64,000 bases of DNA from a bacterium. GTDB lineage: Bacteria > Electryoneota > Electryoneia > Electryoneales > Electryoneaceae. The notes under the pieces were generated by a model. It did no database searches. It had not been told where the DNA came from and saw only the letters and a program-made list of their open reading frames with translations. The stretch spans positions 992,001 to 1,056,000 of the forward strand of contig OY769902.1 of NCBI GenBank assembly GCA_963669175.1, given 5' to 3'. Of the stretch, positions 9,689-20,573 are shown piece by piece (positions within the stretch are counted from its first letter, which is position 1; each line of letters opens with the position of its first letter). The translations under genes were made by a program, and so were the position numbers.

Positions 9689-12600
9689 ATGTCCACTTTG
9701 TTCCGGTTTTCTGTCTTGGTGATAATGATGCTGCTCTGTGCTTCATTCGCGATCGCTCAACCTGATACTGTCTGGACTGCAACGTATGGTACAGAGGGGA
9801 ATGAAGAAGGATGGAATGTTTTGGAAAAAGATGATGGTGACCTCATCGTAGTAGGAGGTCGCGAATCTAAAATTTATCAGCTATCCAGCACAGGAAACCT
9901 GGAATGGACTATGGAGGATGCCACCGTTTCCTATTATAGGGGTATCTGTGAAAGTCTTGAGGGAGATGGTTTCGTTGTATGCGGTTTCGACTACTCGGGA
10001 ATCTCTTCAATTTGTAAAGTACGAAAGTACCTGTGGGATCAAACCCTGGATTGGGCTGACCAGTATCAACCTTCATCGTGGATGAATAGTACAAAACAGG
10101 TAATGCCGGCAATAAACGGAGGTTATATCGTAAATGGTCACGATTCGAACGCAGCAGCTTATGGTAATGATTGTTTGACCAAGTACAGCGAGACAGGGAA
10201 CCGTGAAGGATACTATCGGCACTTCACGAATGGTCGAAGCGGCAATGCTATTGCCTATTCATCCATTGCAGGCTATTTACTGGTAGGTAATAATAAAATC
10301 AGTAGTGGTGACAACTATAGCCATCAACGGCTTTGGCTGGAACGTCGAGCTGACAATGGTGATGTAATTTGGGAACAATCGCTGGTTCGCGAAACAGCAA
10401 AGAACACCTTATATGGCATTAAACAGTATACTGACAACATCTATTATGTGTGCGGACAAGCGGCGTCGGGAGGCGACGTGGAAGGTTATATCGCACGCCT
10501 TGAAGAAACCCCGGACAGTATGGTTGTCGTTTGGGAATACTATTATCCCAACACTGGTGCTGCCCGGTTTTGGGATATCGACGTTATGCCTGACGGCGGG
10601 TGTGTGGCGGCAGGGTTTCTGACCACAGTCGATAGCGACACGGATGTCGTGGTTGCACGTCTCGACCCCGCGGGCAATCTCATGTGGTCCGACACTTACG
10701 GCGGTGAGAACGACGATGAGATCCGCAAAGTCCAGGTCCTCAGCGATGATGGGATCCTTCTGGTCGGAACAACCGCCTCGTATGGCGCAGGTGGCTACGA
10801 TGCCTGGGTGATTAGACTGGAAGCAGAGAACCAAGACATAGGGTGGACGGAACATACAATCGATGGCTCTTTTGATGGCGCCTACGATGTTTTCGCTGCT
10901 GACGTTGATGGAGATGGTGATCCTGATGTACTTGGTGCGGCCTATAATGAGGATATTACATGGTGGGAGAATAGCGATGGCCTAGGTACGACATGGGTTG
11001 AGCATGTTGTATCGAGTGGGTCGAATGGGGCTCGCGGGGTTTATGTTTCAGATGTCGATGGCGATGGTGATGAGGATATACTCGGAGCTGAAAATACTGA
11101 TAATTCAATTACATGGTGGGAGAACTCGAATAATATCGGAACTTCTTGGATAGAGCACATAGTAGATAATACTCTAAATAATCCAAGCTGCGTATTCGCA
11201 GCAGATGTTGATGGAGATGGTGATGTAGACGTGGTTGGATCTTCTCAAAACGATGACATGGTGTTATGGTGGGAAAATACTATAGGAAATGGGACAACAT
11301 GGATTAGTCATATTGTCGATGATAGTTTTGATTCTCCGTGGAGTATTTACATAATGGATATGGACAACGATGGGAATATAGATATTGTCGGTGCGGGATA
11401 TTCGGCAGATGATATTTGTTGGTGGGAAAATACTAATGGTAATGGTATGAGCTGGTTACAACATGATATTGATAATAATATAGATGGTATATGGAGTACA
11501 TGCGCTAAAGATATTGATGGAGATAGCGACCAAGATGTGTTAGGGGCAGCATTTATTGGTCATATCATTAGCTGGTGGGAAAACACTAACGATGCAGGAA
11601 CAACATGGGTTGAACATCCGGTTGATGAGGAAATGACTTATGCAACTAGTGTTTATTCTATAGACGTCGATAATGATGGTGATAATGATATTATAGGGGC
11701 TTCATGGAGTGATGAAGTAGTCTGGTGGGAGAATACTACCGGAGATGGAACTGTTTGGAATGAACATACCATAGACAGCGGTTTTAATTCTCCCAGTGGA
11801 TTGTTTGCTTCCGATATTGATGGCGATGGCGACATTGATGTTCTTGGTGCAGCCGAACATGGTGATGAAATCGCTTGGTGGGAGAACGACCTCAATCCCA
11901 ACGCCACCGCCCTCACCTGTGAAATTCCTTCCGAGCAATGGACGTTGATCGGCATTCCGGCAGAAGTAACCAACGGTTCCTTTGCTGCTCTGTTTGCGGA
12001 TGACCTGCCCGGTACACCTGGTCGAGATTTCCGGATCAGTTACTGGAATGAAGCAAACAATACGTACATCCGTTACGGTGAAGCTGATCATCCTGTCGAT
12101 TTGGGACAAAATCCTCCATCGTTTGCACCCGGAATCGGGGTGTGGATATATCAGAACCTTGGTTATACGGCTACTCTTGACATCACTGCCGCCCAACTTG
12201 CAGGCGCTACCAACGAAGGCGCTTCATGCCTTGTACCGCTGGCCCAGGGGGATGGCGCACGCACCATGATCGCCAATCCCTTCAACTACATCTCAGATTG
12301 GCGACGCATGCGGATCTACGATTCTGCCAATGATCAACGCTTCTCCATCTTCGCCGCTGCACAAGATAGCAGAATGAATTCGTATGCCTACACGTACGAT
12401 GGCGTAAACGAGCAATGGGAGCAGGTGAACTGCTACGGCACTTCGAATGTCACCCTGGATACCTGGGAAGGCTTCTTCGTTGTTCAAACCGATGCCACAA
12501 ACAGTTACCAGCTTGAAATGATGCCAGCCAACCTGCTGTGTGGTGATCCTGAAGGCGCGGATTTTGAACTGGATGAACCCGGCGAGTTTACGTTGCCACT

Positions 12601-13327
12601 GGTCGTTCGAACTTCGGACGATATCCGCAGGGACACCCACAACGCCTTAGGTATTCATTCTTTTGCAGATGATCAGTATGATGGCTTGGACGCATTTGAG
12701 TTCACACCACGTTCCCCGGAGTTTGTCCAGCTCTATTTCGATCACAATGATTGGAACCACCTGCCGGATGTTTACACCTACGACTACCGCAGCGCCGACT
12801 TCAGCGGCGGATCGAAGACTTGGTATTTCACCGTGCGAACGTGGCAGTTGCCGGGCGAAGAGCTGGAACTGATCTGGCCGGGAGTTGAGGATGTGGATGA
12901 CGCTTATGAGCTGCTGCTATACACCCCGGACAACACCGAGATCGATCTTCGAACAGCAGATAGTTACAACTTCACCAGTGAGAACGAAGCGGACAGCCGT
13001 CAGGATTTCATGATCGTCTGCCGGTTCGCGGGGAACGATGTGGCGGAAACAGAAGCGATGCCAGTAAACTTCGGCATCCACGACCTCTATCCGAATCCGT
13101 TCAACGATCAGGTCCGCATCAGCTATGGTCTTCCGGAAGCTGGCGATGTGAAGCTGACCGTGTTCAATATCCTGGGGCAACAGGTGGCGCGACTGGCAGA
13201 GGGCAACCGTACCGCGGGATTGCATCACACCCAGTGGCATGCGAAGAACATGGCCAGCGGGGTGTACCTGGTGAAGCTGGAAGTGCAAGGGCGGAGCAGT
13301 ATCCGCAAGGTACAGTTATTACGTTAG
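9689..13327 (+). CDS. Secreted protein: N-terminal beta-propeller, 7 FG-GAP repeats, C-terminal T9SS sorting domain
   Basis: SD ggggagggg and a signal peptide; seven ~51-aa repeats with D(V/I/M)DxDGDxD loops and WWEN; C-terminal LYPNPFN..FNILGQQVA..ASGVYLVKL..KVQLLR. Confidence 0.92.
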   Translation: MSTLFRFSVLVIMMLLCASFAIAQPDTVWTATYGTEGNEEGWNVLEKDDGDLIVVGGRESKIYQLSSTGNLEWTMEDATVSYYRGICESLEGDGFVVCGFDYSGISSICKVRKYLWDQTLDWADQYQPSSWMNSTKQVMPAINGGYIVNGHDSNAAAYGNDCLTKYSETGNREGYYRHFTNGRSGNAIAYSSIAGYLLVGNNKISSGDNYSHQRLWLERRADNGDVIWEQSLVRETAKNTLYGIKQYTDNIYYVCGQAASGGDVEGYIARLEETPDSMVVVWEYYYPNTGAARFWDIDVMPDGGCVAAGFLTTVDSDTDVVVARLDPAGNLMWSDTYGGENDDEIRKVQVLSDDGILLVGTTASYGAGGYDAWVIRLEAENQDIGWTEHTIDGSFDGAYDVFAADVDGDGDPDVLGAAYNEDITWWENSDGLGTTWVEHVVSSGSNGARGVYVSDVDGDGDEDILGAENTDNSITWWENSNNIGTSWIEHIVDNTLNNPSCVFAADVDGDGDVDVVGSSQNDDMVLWWENTIGNGTTWISHIVDDSFDSPWSIYIMDMDNDGNIDIVGAGYSADDICWWENTNGNGMSWLQHDIDNNIDGIWSTCAKDIDGDSDQDVLGAAFIGHIISWWENTNDAGTTWVEHPVDEEMTYATSVYSIDVDNDGDNDIIGASWSDEVVWWENTTGDGTVWNEHTIDSGFNSPSGLFASDIDGDGDIDVLGAAEHGDEIAWWENDLNPNATALTCEIPSEQWTLIGIPAEVTNGSFAALFADDLPGTPGRDFRISYWNEANNTYIRYGEADHPVDLGQNPPSFAPGIGVWIYQNLGYTATLDITAAQLAGATNEGASCLVPLAQGDGARTMIANPFNYISDWRRMRIYDSANDQRFSIFAAAQDSRMNSYAYTYDGVNEQWEQVNCYGTSNVTLDTWEGFFVVQTDATNSYQLEMMPANLLCGDPEGADFELDEPGEFTLPLVVRTSDDIRRDTHNALGIHSFADDQYDGLDAFEFTPRSPEFVQLYFDHNDWNHLPDVYTYDYRSADFSGGSKTWYFTVRTWQLPGEELELIWPGVEDVDDAYELLLYTPDNTEIDLRTADSYNFTSENEADSRQDFMIVCRFAGNDVAETEAMPVNFGIHDLYPNPFNDQVRISYGLPEAGDVKLTVFNILGQQVARLAEGNRTAGLHHTQWHAKNMASGVYLVKLEVQGRSSIRKVQLLR

Positions 13328-13456
13328 CCTGGATATTTCACAACTGGCGCTTCAAATAATGATCCCTGATGGAAAGGCCAAGACAAGAACCTCGGTAGTG
13401 GTTTCCTTTTCAGAGGCGAAGAGGTTTCTGTGACCGAAAAGAGAAGCACAAAACGT

Positions 13457-13557
13457 AAAAAGGGTCACGACGCATTCGCCGTAACCCTTTAAAAACCGTG
13501 TGCCGGGGGATGATTGGGACTCCTCCTCACGAGGGGTGAACCTCGGCGGATTTTGAG
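13457..13557 (-). repeat. Degenerate duplicate of the tRNA-Leu 3' half plus its terminator hairpin (att-like site)
   Basis: Direct repeat of 15854-15951. cctcacgaggggtgaacctcggcggattttgag is identical, the T-arm is altered, and the hairpin aaaaagggtcacg..cgtaacccttt is conserved. Confidence 0.92.
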
Positions 13558-13751
13558 CGGCTTTTATCTGATAATTCACAACACATTACAATTCGTAACC
13601 GCTTGGTTTACTGGTCTTTATGTCGCACCCTGCTGTTGCTCCCGGAGGCACACTTTTGCCCGTTTTTGCCGCCGAGTGTGCCATGAGTGTGCCACGGGTT
13701 GAAAGCTCTTTATTCAGATATTAGATTTCATATCCACAATCGAGGTTTTGC

Positions 13752-15515
13752 ATGAGTATCGATGGATTTAAGAAGAAACTTGATGGCTATATAGATAAAA
13801 TAATTAACTCCTTAAAAACTGTAAATCCCATTGCAATAGTGAATATATTAAATATTAACACCATAAGAGCTATTAACAACGCAGAATATTACAGTATTAT
13901 GGTAGATGCATATCCTAAAAAGTTTCATTATTTGAAATCACTAGTGCTTGGTCGTGGATATAATCCTAGTATGATTGATCAAAATAATTTACCAGATGTA
14001 GACATACTAATAAAAGCTATAGATTATATATATATTAGATATTTAGAAGAATTAACAACAATTAATGAAGACAAAAAAGATGATAATAATCTTGATGATT
14101 TATTTGAAACAGAATATATACTATCATTGCTTCAAGTTGAATTAGGAGATACTGATCAATATGATACTAGAATGAATGAATTTAATCATATGATAAATGA
14201 AATTCTAATAGAAAAATATTTTATAAATTACGACGATATATATAATATATCTAATTATTTAAGAAATTACTTTAGAAATAATATGATAAAATACAGAAAA
14301 GAATTAAAAGAAAAATATGGTCCATTTATAGAAAACAGAAAGATTTATGATCAAGGAATAATAACAAATGCCGAATATAAATTAAGAGTTAAGGAATTAG
14401 GGAATGAAAGAGATGTAGTAAAATATTTAGATAAAATGCTTCTTAATATAAGCATGATAGATATAGAAATATTATATAAAAAATACGATAAAAACATAAT
14501 CAATTGCTATTTAAATTTATTTACCATCAATTTAGAAGATATGGGAGAATTATGTTACTATCCATCGGATAGTAACAAATTAGATATATTTCCATTAGTA
14601 AAAATGAATGATGATAAAATTATAATAGTAGACATACCGTATATGACCATGAGAATACATGATAATATACATTATAGATTAAGTAAAAGTGATTCTAGGA
14701 CAAGAGAAAAATATCATAAAAGAAAAGCGTTATTTACTGAAAATAAAGCAAAAGAAATATTTAGACGATACTATGAGGAAGAAGAAATATATACGAATAT
14801 TTATTATAATAATAAAAAGGGTAATCTTTGTGAAGCAGATATGTTAATAATAAGTACAAATATTATAATAATAGTGGAAAGTAAATCACATGACATGAAG
14901 GAAATGATACATGTTGGAGCAAACATAAATGCTATAAAAAATGATTTTAAAAAGGGAATAAAAAAAGCATATAAACAAGGAATAAGGTTAAAAAAAGAAA
15001 TAGAAAGCGATAGAAACATAGAAATAAAAGATAGAAAAGGTAATATAATACTAAAAAACGATGATATAAAGAATAAAAAAATAATTATAATGGTTGTTAC
15101 TTATAAATCATATAGGGCAATAGCAACAAACATAAATGAAATATTAGAGATAGAAGGGGAAGAATATCCAATAGTGGTAGGTTTAATGGAGCTAGATAAA
15201 TATAGTATTGCATTAAAAACAAGAAAAGATCTAGAAGGGTACTTGAAAGAGAGAGATAAGGTGTATGGAAAGTTAATAGCACATGATGAATTGGAATATG
15301 TGGGATATTATGCAGAGAATAAAGGGTTGGATATTCCAGAGAAAAGAGAAAAAACATTGTTAGATCCACACTGGTCAGATATGTTTGATGACGAATTTAA
15401 AGAAAAACATAATATTGGCGATAAAAGCGTGGGAAAAAAGAAGAAAGGGAGTGAAAGAAATAAACCATGTAAGTGTGGTAGTGGAAAGAAATATAAGCGG
15501 TGTTGTGGAAAGTAA
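13752..15515 (+). CDS. AT-rich protein with a NERD-like PD-(D/E)XK nuclease motif and a C-terminal SEC-C zinc-binding motif
   Basis: EADMLII..IIVESKS (ExD..ExK) and RNKPCKCGSGKKYKRCCG; base composition far more AT-rich than the flanks. Confidence 0.85.
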   Translation: MSIDGFKKKLDGYIDKIINSLKTVNPIAIVNILNINTIRAINNAEYYSIMVDAYPKKFHYLKSLVLGRGYNPSMIDQNNLPDVDILIKAIDYIYIRYLEELTTINEDKKDDNNLDDLFETEYILSLLQVELGDTDQYDTRMNEFNHMINEILIEKYFINYDDIYNISNYLRNYFRNNMIKYRKELKEKYGPFIENRKIYDQGIITNAEYKLRVKELGNERDVVKYLDKMLLNISMIDIEILYKKYDKNIINCYLNLFTINLEDMGELCYYPSDSNKLDIFPLVKMNDDKIIIVDIPYMTMRIHDNIHYRLSKSDSRTREKYHKRKALFTENKAKEIFRRYYEEEEIYTNIYYNNKKGNLCEADMLIISTNIIIIVESKSHDMKEMIHVGANINAIKNDFKKGIKKAYKQGIRLKKEIESDRNIEIKDRKGNIILKNDDIKNKKIIIMVVTYKSYRAIATNINEILEIEGEEYPIVVGLMELDKYSIALKTRKDLEGYLKERDKVYGKLIAHDELEYVGYYAENKGLDIPEKREKTLLDPHWSDMFDDEFKEKHNIGDKSVGKKKKGSERNKPCKCGSGKKYKRCCGK

Positions 15516-15853
15516 TGTGTAAAGGTAACCTGGAGCTCGCAGTGTAGATCCAGGTTAGCGGAGCGGGCCTTGACAGTAACTCCTGCAATATATTGCCACA
15601 ACAGGCAAAAAGAAAACGGGTTATCTGTTCAACCCGTATTTCTTTTTAGCCCTTACAAACCAACATCGTTTGCCGTTCAAGCTAGACGTCAACAGCATCC
15701 CAACCAGGTAACCGAACAGATCGACCCGGTTCCCTAGGACTGCTGTCACGCTTTTTCTCCTCCAGCAAGTATTCCAGGATATCCAGGATAACCAGGGAGG
15801 CACTTGTTTTACCATTGTCGGGTGATGAGTGTACTTGGCATCATCAGGCAAAG

Positions 15854-15887
15854 AAAAAGGGTCACGGCGTGTTTGCCGTAACCCTTT
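15854..15887 (-). terminator. Intrinsic terminator downstream of tRNA-Leu
   Basis: Minus strand reads aaagggttacggcaaacacgccgtgacccttttt. Confidence 0.7.
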
Positions 15888-15897
15888 AAGAAACAAG

Positions 15898-15983
15898 TGC
15901 CGGGGGAGGGACTCGAACCCTCACGAGGGGTGAACCTCGGCGGATTTTGAGTCCGCTGCGTCTGCCAATTCCGCCACCCCGGC
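15898..15983 (-). tRNA. tRNA-Leu (anticodon CAA), long variable arm, CCA not encoded
   Basis: Minus strand gccggggtggcggaattggcagacgcagcggact-CAA-aatccgccgaggttcacccctcgtgagggttcgagtccctcccccggca folds into a cloverleaf. Confidence 0.97.
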
Positions 15984-16313
15984 GTATACATAAAACTGTG
16001 TAAAAAGAACTTCTTCTACAGCATCTCCCCTGTGTGATGCCGTAGACTGTCCAACCTGTGATGATATCCCAAGATACAACGACAGCACCCCTGCCGGACA
16101 GGAAAGCACAATATAGTGTCCGAAAGTGGTGCGCTCAAGCGTTTTTACGTCAGGCTCGGGAGGACACGAAAAAAGTCTTATCAAGAAAGGCTTTCAAGGA
16201 AACTTCTGCAATTCTTGTGTCCTGTTCCTTGTTGCCTGTGTGATACTGCCTTAGTTTACAACATCGTTATGAATTCCCCGATAAAGGACATCTTTGGAAG
16301 GAGAGCAGTGGTG

Positions 16314-19300
16314 ATGAGGTCCGGCAACCACAGTCTACAGGTCTCTTTTGTCTGCGTGGTGGTGTGTCTTGGAGTATTCTTGTCCAAAGTGCAAGCCGTC
16401 GAGTTTCCAATACTGTTTCATGAAACTGCCAATCCGCTAAGCCCTACAGGTTTTGCTGCAGGCGATCTGACGGGTGACAATTTTCCCGACCTTTTCTGTT
16501 ACGAGATCGATCATGCTACCGAATATTTCTGGATAGACGGGGCTTACGGTTGTTACACCGAAGCACACGAAATAGATATTGACCGGGAATGTGTATCCAC
16601 TGCGGTAATCGGTGATGTTACCGGGGACGGGAATGCCGATATCATACTCGCGTATGCACCCTATGACGACGAAACGCCAGAGTATACACTTCTTTACATT
16701 CTCGGTACCCCCACCGGACCTTCCAGTGACGAGGCCATCATTGAAGACGATGATTACGGGCTGCGATGGATCGAGTTGGCGGATATGGATAACGATGGTG
16801 ACCTGGACATTGTCGGACTATCCTCTGCCTTCGGCGCCCTATACGTGTGGTTAAATGATGGAACCGGACAGTTCAGTCCGCAAGCCGGCATCGACATCGT
16901 AGGAATCCAACATGCAACATTGGGTGATATGGATAATGATGGCGACCTGGATATCGTTGCTGTTGTCACCAATGATGCGATAGGGGTTTTTTACCAGGAA
17001 ACCCTTACCCAGTATACGTTTCAGGAAGTAGAGGCAGGTTTTGATGATGGTGAATGTCTGAATCTGAAGGATCTCGATGGGGATGGTGACCTGGAAATCA
17101 TCGCCTGTGGAGTGACCGATGGCGATACCAAATGGTGGGACAACACGGAGGAAGGATTTGTTGGCCATTTCCTGATCGCGACACATGGCTTATATGCAGG
17201 CGCTGAAGATATGGATGGGGATGGCGACCCGGATATTGTCCTGGTTACTGAAGAAGCGTGGCGTATCTGGATCAATGATGGTTTTGGTCAGTTCACCATG
17301 TTTTCCAACAGGACAGGGGAATTCTCACAACAGGTAGCCTTGATAGACCTGGCCGGTGATGGCTGTGCCGACATGTTTACCATAAGGAGCCATGAACTGT
17401 GCATCTATGAAAACGATGGTATGGCCATGGTGAATACGAGCACGGTAAGCACATTGATGTCCTGGGATGTGTCCCTGGTGGACTGGGACAACGACAATGA
17501 TCTGGACCCGTTAGTATACCCGTTAAACCGGAATCATCAGGCGCTGGTGGTTTATAGAAATGACGGCGACATGGACTTTACGTTTTATGGTTTTCCGGGC
17601 GCTCAGAATTATACAATGTTTGCAAACCCGGCAGATCTCGATCAGGATGGCGATCTCGATATTCTGACCGCTGACAATTCAGCGCAAAGCCAGCTATCGT
17701 GGTGGGAGCACACCATCAATATCACAGGAGTTTTCCACCTTATCCCTGGATTCGCGAATTTAACAAACATACAATGTATTGACTATAACGACGATGAAGC
17801 GCCGGACTTCTTCTGTGTCTGGGATAGTCGATATGTTCGGTTTTACATCAACGACGGGACGGCTGGTTTTTATACCTGGGAGGAAGGTAGTGTATCCGGG
17901 GTCATCGAGATGGCCTGTTGTGCTGATCTGGATAATGATGGTGATATCGATGTTGTCGCCTGTGGGCAGACCAATCCCGAAGAAACAACGTGTACCTGGA
18001 TTCTCGAGAATACCGGCGACGGAAACTTCACCAACCACCTGTTGCCCGGATATTATGGAACCCCACTCACGGGCGATTTTGATGAAGACAACGATAACGA
18101 CATCTTCATCCTGGGATTACCGAGTATCCTGCTGGAAAATGAAGGTAACCTGAGCTTTACTTCACATGTAATTGGGACACCCTCCGGGTACAAAGGCAAG
18201 GTAGTGGACTATGACAGTGATGGTGACCTGGATGTAGTTTGCACCGCTGGCTACGGTTATGATAGAGATGATATGGAGAATGTTGTTTTCTGGGAGAATG
18301 AAGGGAATCTGTCTTTTCGTCGACACATCCTGGTAGAAGCCTCGCATGCGTATAACCTGGATGTCGGAGATCTGGACGGGGATATGGATGTGGACATTCT
18401 CCTGTCCATGGGACGAGGCCTGAATGCTTCACAAGTCCTCTGTGTTGAACAACTCTCCGAAGCAGTTTTCAGCTATGAGTTTTCACTTTCTTTACCCTAT
18501 CACAACGAAATTATTACCAATGATACGGTAACTGTGAGCTGGTATTTTGATCAGATTCCTCTCCCCGCAACACCACAGGTGTTCGAAGTATTTTGGGATA
18601 CCACACGCGAGTTGACCAACGGCTGGTCTGCCACCTGCCTGGAACACAGTTTCGAGATCACCGGGTTCGGTGATTTACTGGCAGCACGAGGATTGGATGA
18701 ATTGCCAGATAATACGGTGATTTATTGGGATGTACGCACCATGATAAATGGTCAATGGATTTGGGGACGTGGACTGCCACGGCGTTTTGCGGTACATGTT
18801 CCTGATCCCCCTGAACCATTTCACCTGTTTTCGCCAGACGGAGATACCACCTTAGACGATAGGATGGCTTTCACCTGGTATTCTACCAGTGATCCGGATG
18901 CAGATGATGAAATAAGATACAGTTTGTGTCTCAGTAGTTTTTCGGATCTTGCTGAAGCCTGGTTCCCCAGAACCGGCCAGAGAGATACTGCAGTTGTCTG
19001 GAACGGTTTCGAGGACGATCAATGCTATTACTGGACTGTAACGGCAACCGATCTGACTGACAATGTTACCTGGGCGCTGGATACATTGGTATTTTTCACA
19101 GCCTTTCCTGATCCGCCCAATTCTTTCCAAAGGTTTGCCCCCTGGAATGATGATACTGTTACTGAGGATACGGTGACTGTCAGGTGGACGGTTGAAGGCG
19201 ATCCTGATCCGGGTGATTCAGTGCATTACATGGTACACTGGTCGCTGGATGCAAACATGGGAACCTGCGACAGCATGGAGACCGGGGAAAACTGGCTGTC

Positions 19301-20417
19301 CATCGGCAGTGTGTCCGAGGTATTGGCTGCGTTACGACACGGGCAAGACCATGAAGGTATCCAGACGTATTATGAACTGAATGAATTGCCGGATAACCAT
19401 ACGCTGTATTGGCGGGTGAAGGCTGTGGATGAACAGGGGCATGCTGTTTGGGCCGACAGCACCACAGAGCCCTGGTGTTTTCATGTCGCTGTCGGAGATG
19501 CGCCTGCGCCGTTTGACCTTGTAGCGCCCAATGATGAGGAAGTTTGTACACTGTTGCCGGTGTTGTTCAAATGGCAACAGACATCCGATCCGGATCCGTC
19601 TGACAGTATTACCTATGAATTCTGGATCGATACTACGGCGGTCATGTCCACACGCTGGATGATTGCGGACCGGATTACGGATACCACCTATACACTGGAA
19701 GACACCCTGGAACAGGACCGGCCCATCTACTGGCGGGTGCATGCACGTGATACGAATACCTCCGGAAGGTGGTCCAGCGACATTTTCTCCTTTGTCCTGT
19801 CGGTACCTGAACCACCGCGACCGTTCAGCCTGCTTGAACCTGAGGATCATACGGTCATCGATCAAGAAGAGCAATTTCCTGTCGTATTTCGCTGGGAAAA
19901 TAATGGTGATCCGGATGCGGAAGATTCACTCACGTACAACTTCTTCCTGTGCACCGACAGCACATTTCATGCTGTTGACTGGTACTATGTAACGAGATCG
20001 GACAGTATAGAATTCGACTCGCTTGAATGTGAGACGTACTGGTGGCGGGTAAAAGCAATTGATACCCAGGGATTGGAATGTTTCAGCGCCCAGACCTGGC
20101 GCCTGGATGTGACCCTGCCAGTCGTTGACGATCAATTCAGTGGCATTCCGACCGAATTCGGTATTGCCGGAGTGTATCCCAACCCCTTTAACAATACCGC
20201 ATCTGTAGTGGTTGGTCTTCCATGTGCCAGCGAGATTTCCCTGGTTGTATACAACATTCGAGGACAGCAGGTGGCTACACTCGCCCAAGGGCAAGCTCTG
20301 GCGGAAGGATACCACACGCTGACCCTGAACGGTGACAGGTTGGCCAGTGGTGTGTATTTCGTGAAGTTCAACGCGGCACAACACTCGGATATCCGAAGAG
20401 TAATACTGTTGAAGTGA
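16314..20417 (+). CDS. Secreted FG-GAP/VCBS repeat protein with FN3-like repeats and T9SS C-terminal domain
   Basis: SD aaggag before GTG/ATG at 16308-16314; many DxDxDGDxD loops; five repeats ending in YW motifs like those of the giant protein; VYPNPFN..ASGVYFVKF..RVILLK. Confidence 0.9.
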   Translation: MRSGNHSLQVSFVCVVVCLGVFLSKVQAVEFPILFHETANPLSPTGFAAGDLTGDNFPDLFCYEIDHATEYFWIDGAYGCYTEAHEIDIDRECVSTAVIGDVTGDGNADIILAYAPYDDETPEYTLLYILGTPTGPSSDEAIIEDDDYGLRWIELADMDNDGDLDIVGLSSAFGALYVWLNDGTGQFSPQAGIDIVGIQHATLGDMDNDGDLDIVAVVTNDAIGVFYQETLTQYTFQEVEAGFDDGECLNLKDLDGDGDLEIIACGVTDGDTKWWDNTEEGFVGHFLIATHGLYAGAEDMDGDGDPDIVLVTEEAWRIWINDGFGQFTMFSNRTGEFSQQVALIDLAGDGCADMFTIRSHELCIYENDGMAMVNTSTVSTLMSWDVSLVDWDNDNDLDPLVYPLNRNHQALVVYRNDGDMDFTFYGFPGAQNYTMFANPADLDQDGDLDILTADNSAQSQLSWWEHTINITGVFHLIPGFANLTNIQCIDYNDDEAPDFFCVWDSRYVRFYINDGTAGFYTWEEGSVSGVIEMACCADLDNDGDIDVVACGQTNPEETTCTWILENTGDGNFTNHLLPGYYGTPLTGDFDEDNDNDIFILGLPSILLENEGNLSFTSHVIGTPSGYKGKVVDYDSDGDLDVVCTAGYGYDRDDMENVVFWENEGNLSFRRHILVEASHAYNLDVGDLDGDMDVDILLSMGRGLNASQVLCVEQLSEAVFSYEFSLSLPYHNEIITNDTVTVSWYFDQIPLPATPQVFEVFWDTTRELTNGWSATCLEHSFEITGFGDLLAARGLDELPDNTVIYWDVRTMINGQWIWGRGLPRRFAVHVPDPPEPFHLFSPDGDTTLDDRMAFTWYSTSDPDADDEIRYSLCLSSFSDLAEAWFPRTGQRDTAVVWNGFEDDQCYYWTVTATDLTDNVTWALDTLVFFTAFPDPPNSFQRFAPWNDDTVTEDTVTVRWTVEGDPDPGDSVHYMVHWSLDANMGTCDSMETGENWLSIGSVSEVLAALRHGQDHEGIQTYYELNELPDNHTLYWRVKAVDEQGHAVWADSTTEPWCFHVAVGDAPAPFDLVAPNDEEVCTLLPVLFKWQQTSDPDPSDSITYEFWIDTTAVMSTRWMIADRITDTTYTLEDTLEQDRPIYWRVHARDTNTSGRWSSDIFSFVLSVPEPPRPFSLLEPEDHTVIDQEEQFPVVFRWENNGDPDAEDSLTYNFFLCTDSTFHAVDWYYVTRSDSIEFDSLECETYWWRVKAIDTQGLECFSAQTWRLDVTLPVVDDQFSGIPTEFGIAGVYPNPFNNTASVVVGLPCASEISLVVYNIRGQQVATLAQGQALAEGYHTLTLNGDRLASGVYFVKFNAAQHSDIRRVILLK

Positions 20418-20420
20418 TAC

Positions 20421-20467
20421 GAGGTTAAGAGGGTAAAAAAGGTTAAAAAGGTAAAGAAGGTAAGGAA
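20421..20467. repeat. Degenerate 9-bp tandem array (aaggt(t/a)aa(a/g))
   Basis: gaggttaag agggtaaaa aaggttaaa aaggtaaag aaggtaagg directly after the stop codon. Confidence 0.7.
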
Positions 20468-20573
20468 GACGCGTGGCCCGACTGCTTGCTGTCGGGAAGC
20501 GTTCCTGTCGTTTCCGTATCATCCAGGTAGCCCGGCCATGCCTGGCCGGGGGATATGCTGAAAGAAAAGAGGG

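Larger units (their letters stand above)
13457..15983. mobile_element. Integrase-free genomic islet at tRNA-Leu(CAA)
   Basis: Bounded by the intact tRNA and a displaced 3' copy; contains one very AT-rich gene; tandem gagtgtgcca repeats at 13674-13694 near the att copy. Confidence 0.8.

Noticed and set aside
13501-13557. Second functional tRNA-Leu
   Set aside because: It lacks the 5' half and has a disrupted T-arm; treated as an att remnant.
13752-15515. SecA annotation because of the SEC-C motif
   Set aside because: Only the C-terminal zinc motif is present; there are no SecA ATPase motifs.
15526-15557. taacctgga..tccaggtta hairpin after the AT-rich gene as an integron attC site
   Set aside because: Too short, no proper RYYYAAC box, and no integron integrase or further cassettes.
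15864-15874. 11-nt identity (aaacacgccgt) between the tRNA terminator (minus strand) and the REP insert at 22856
   Set aside because: A match this short is expected by chance in 64 kb and it does not extend.
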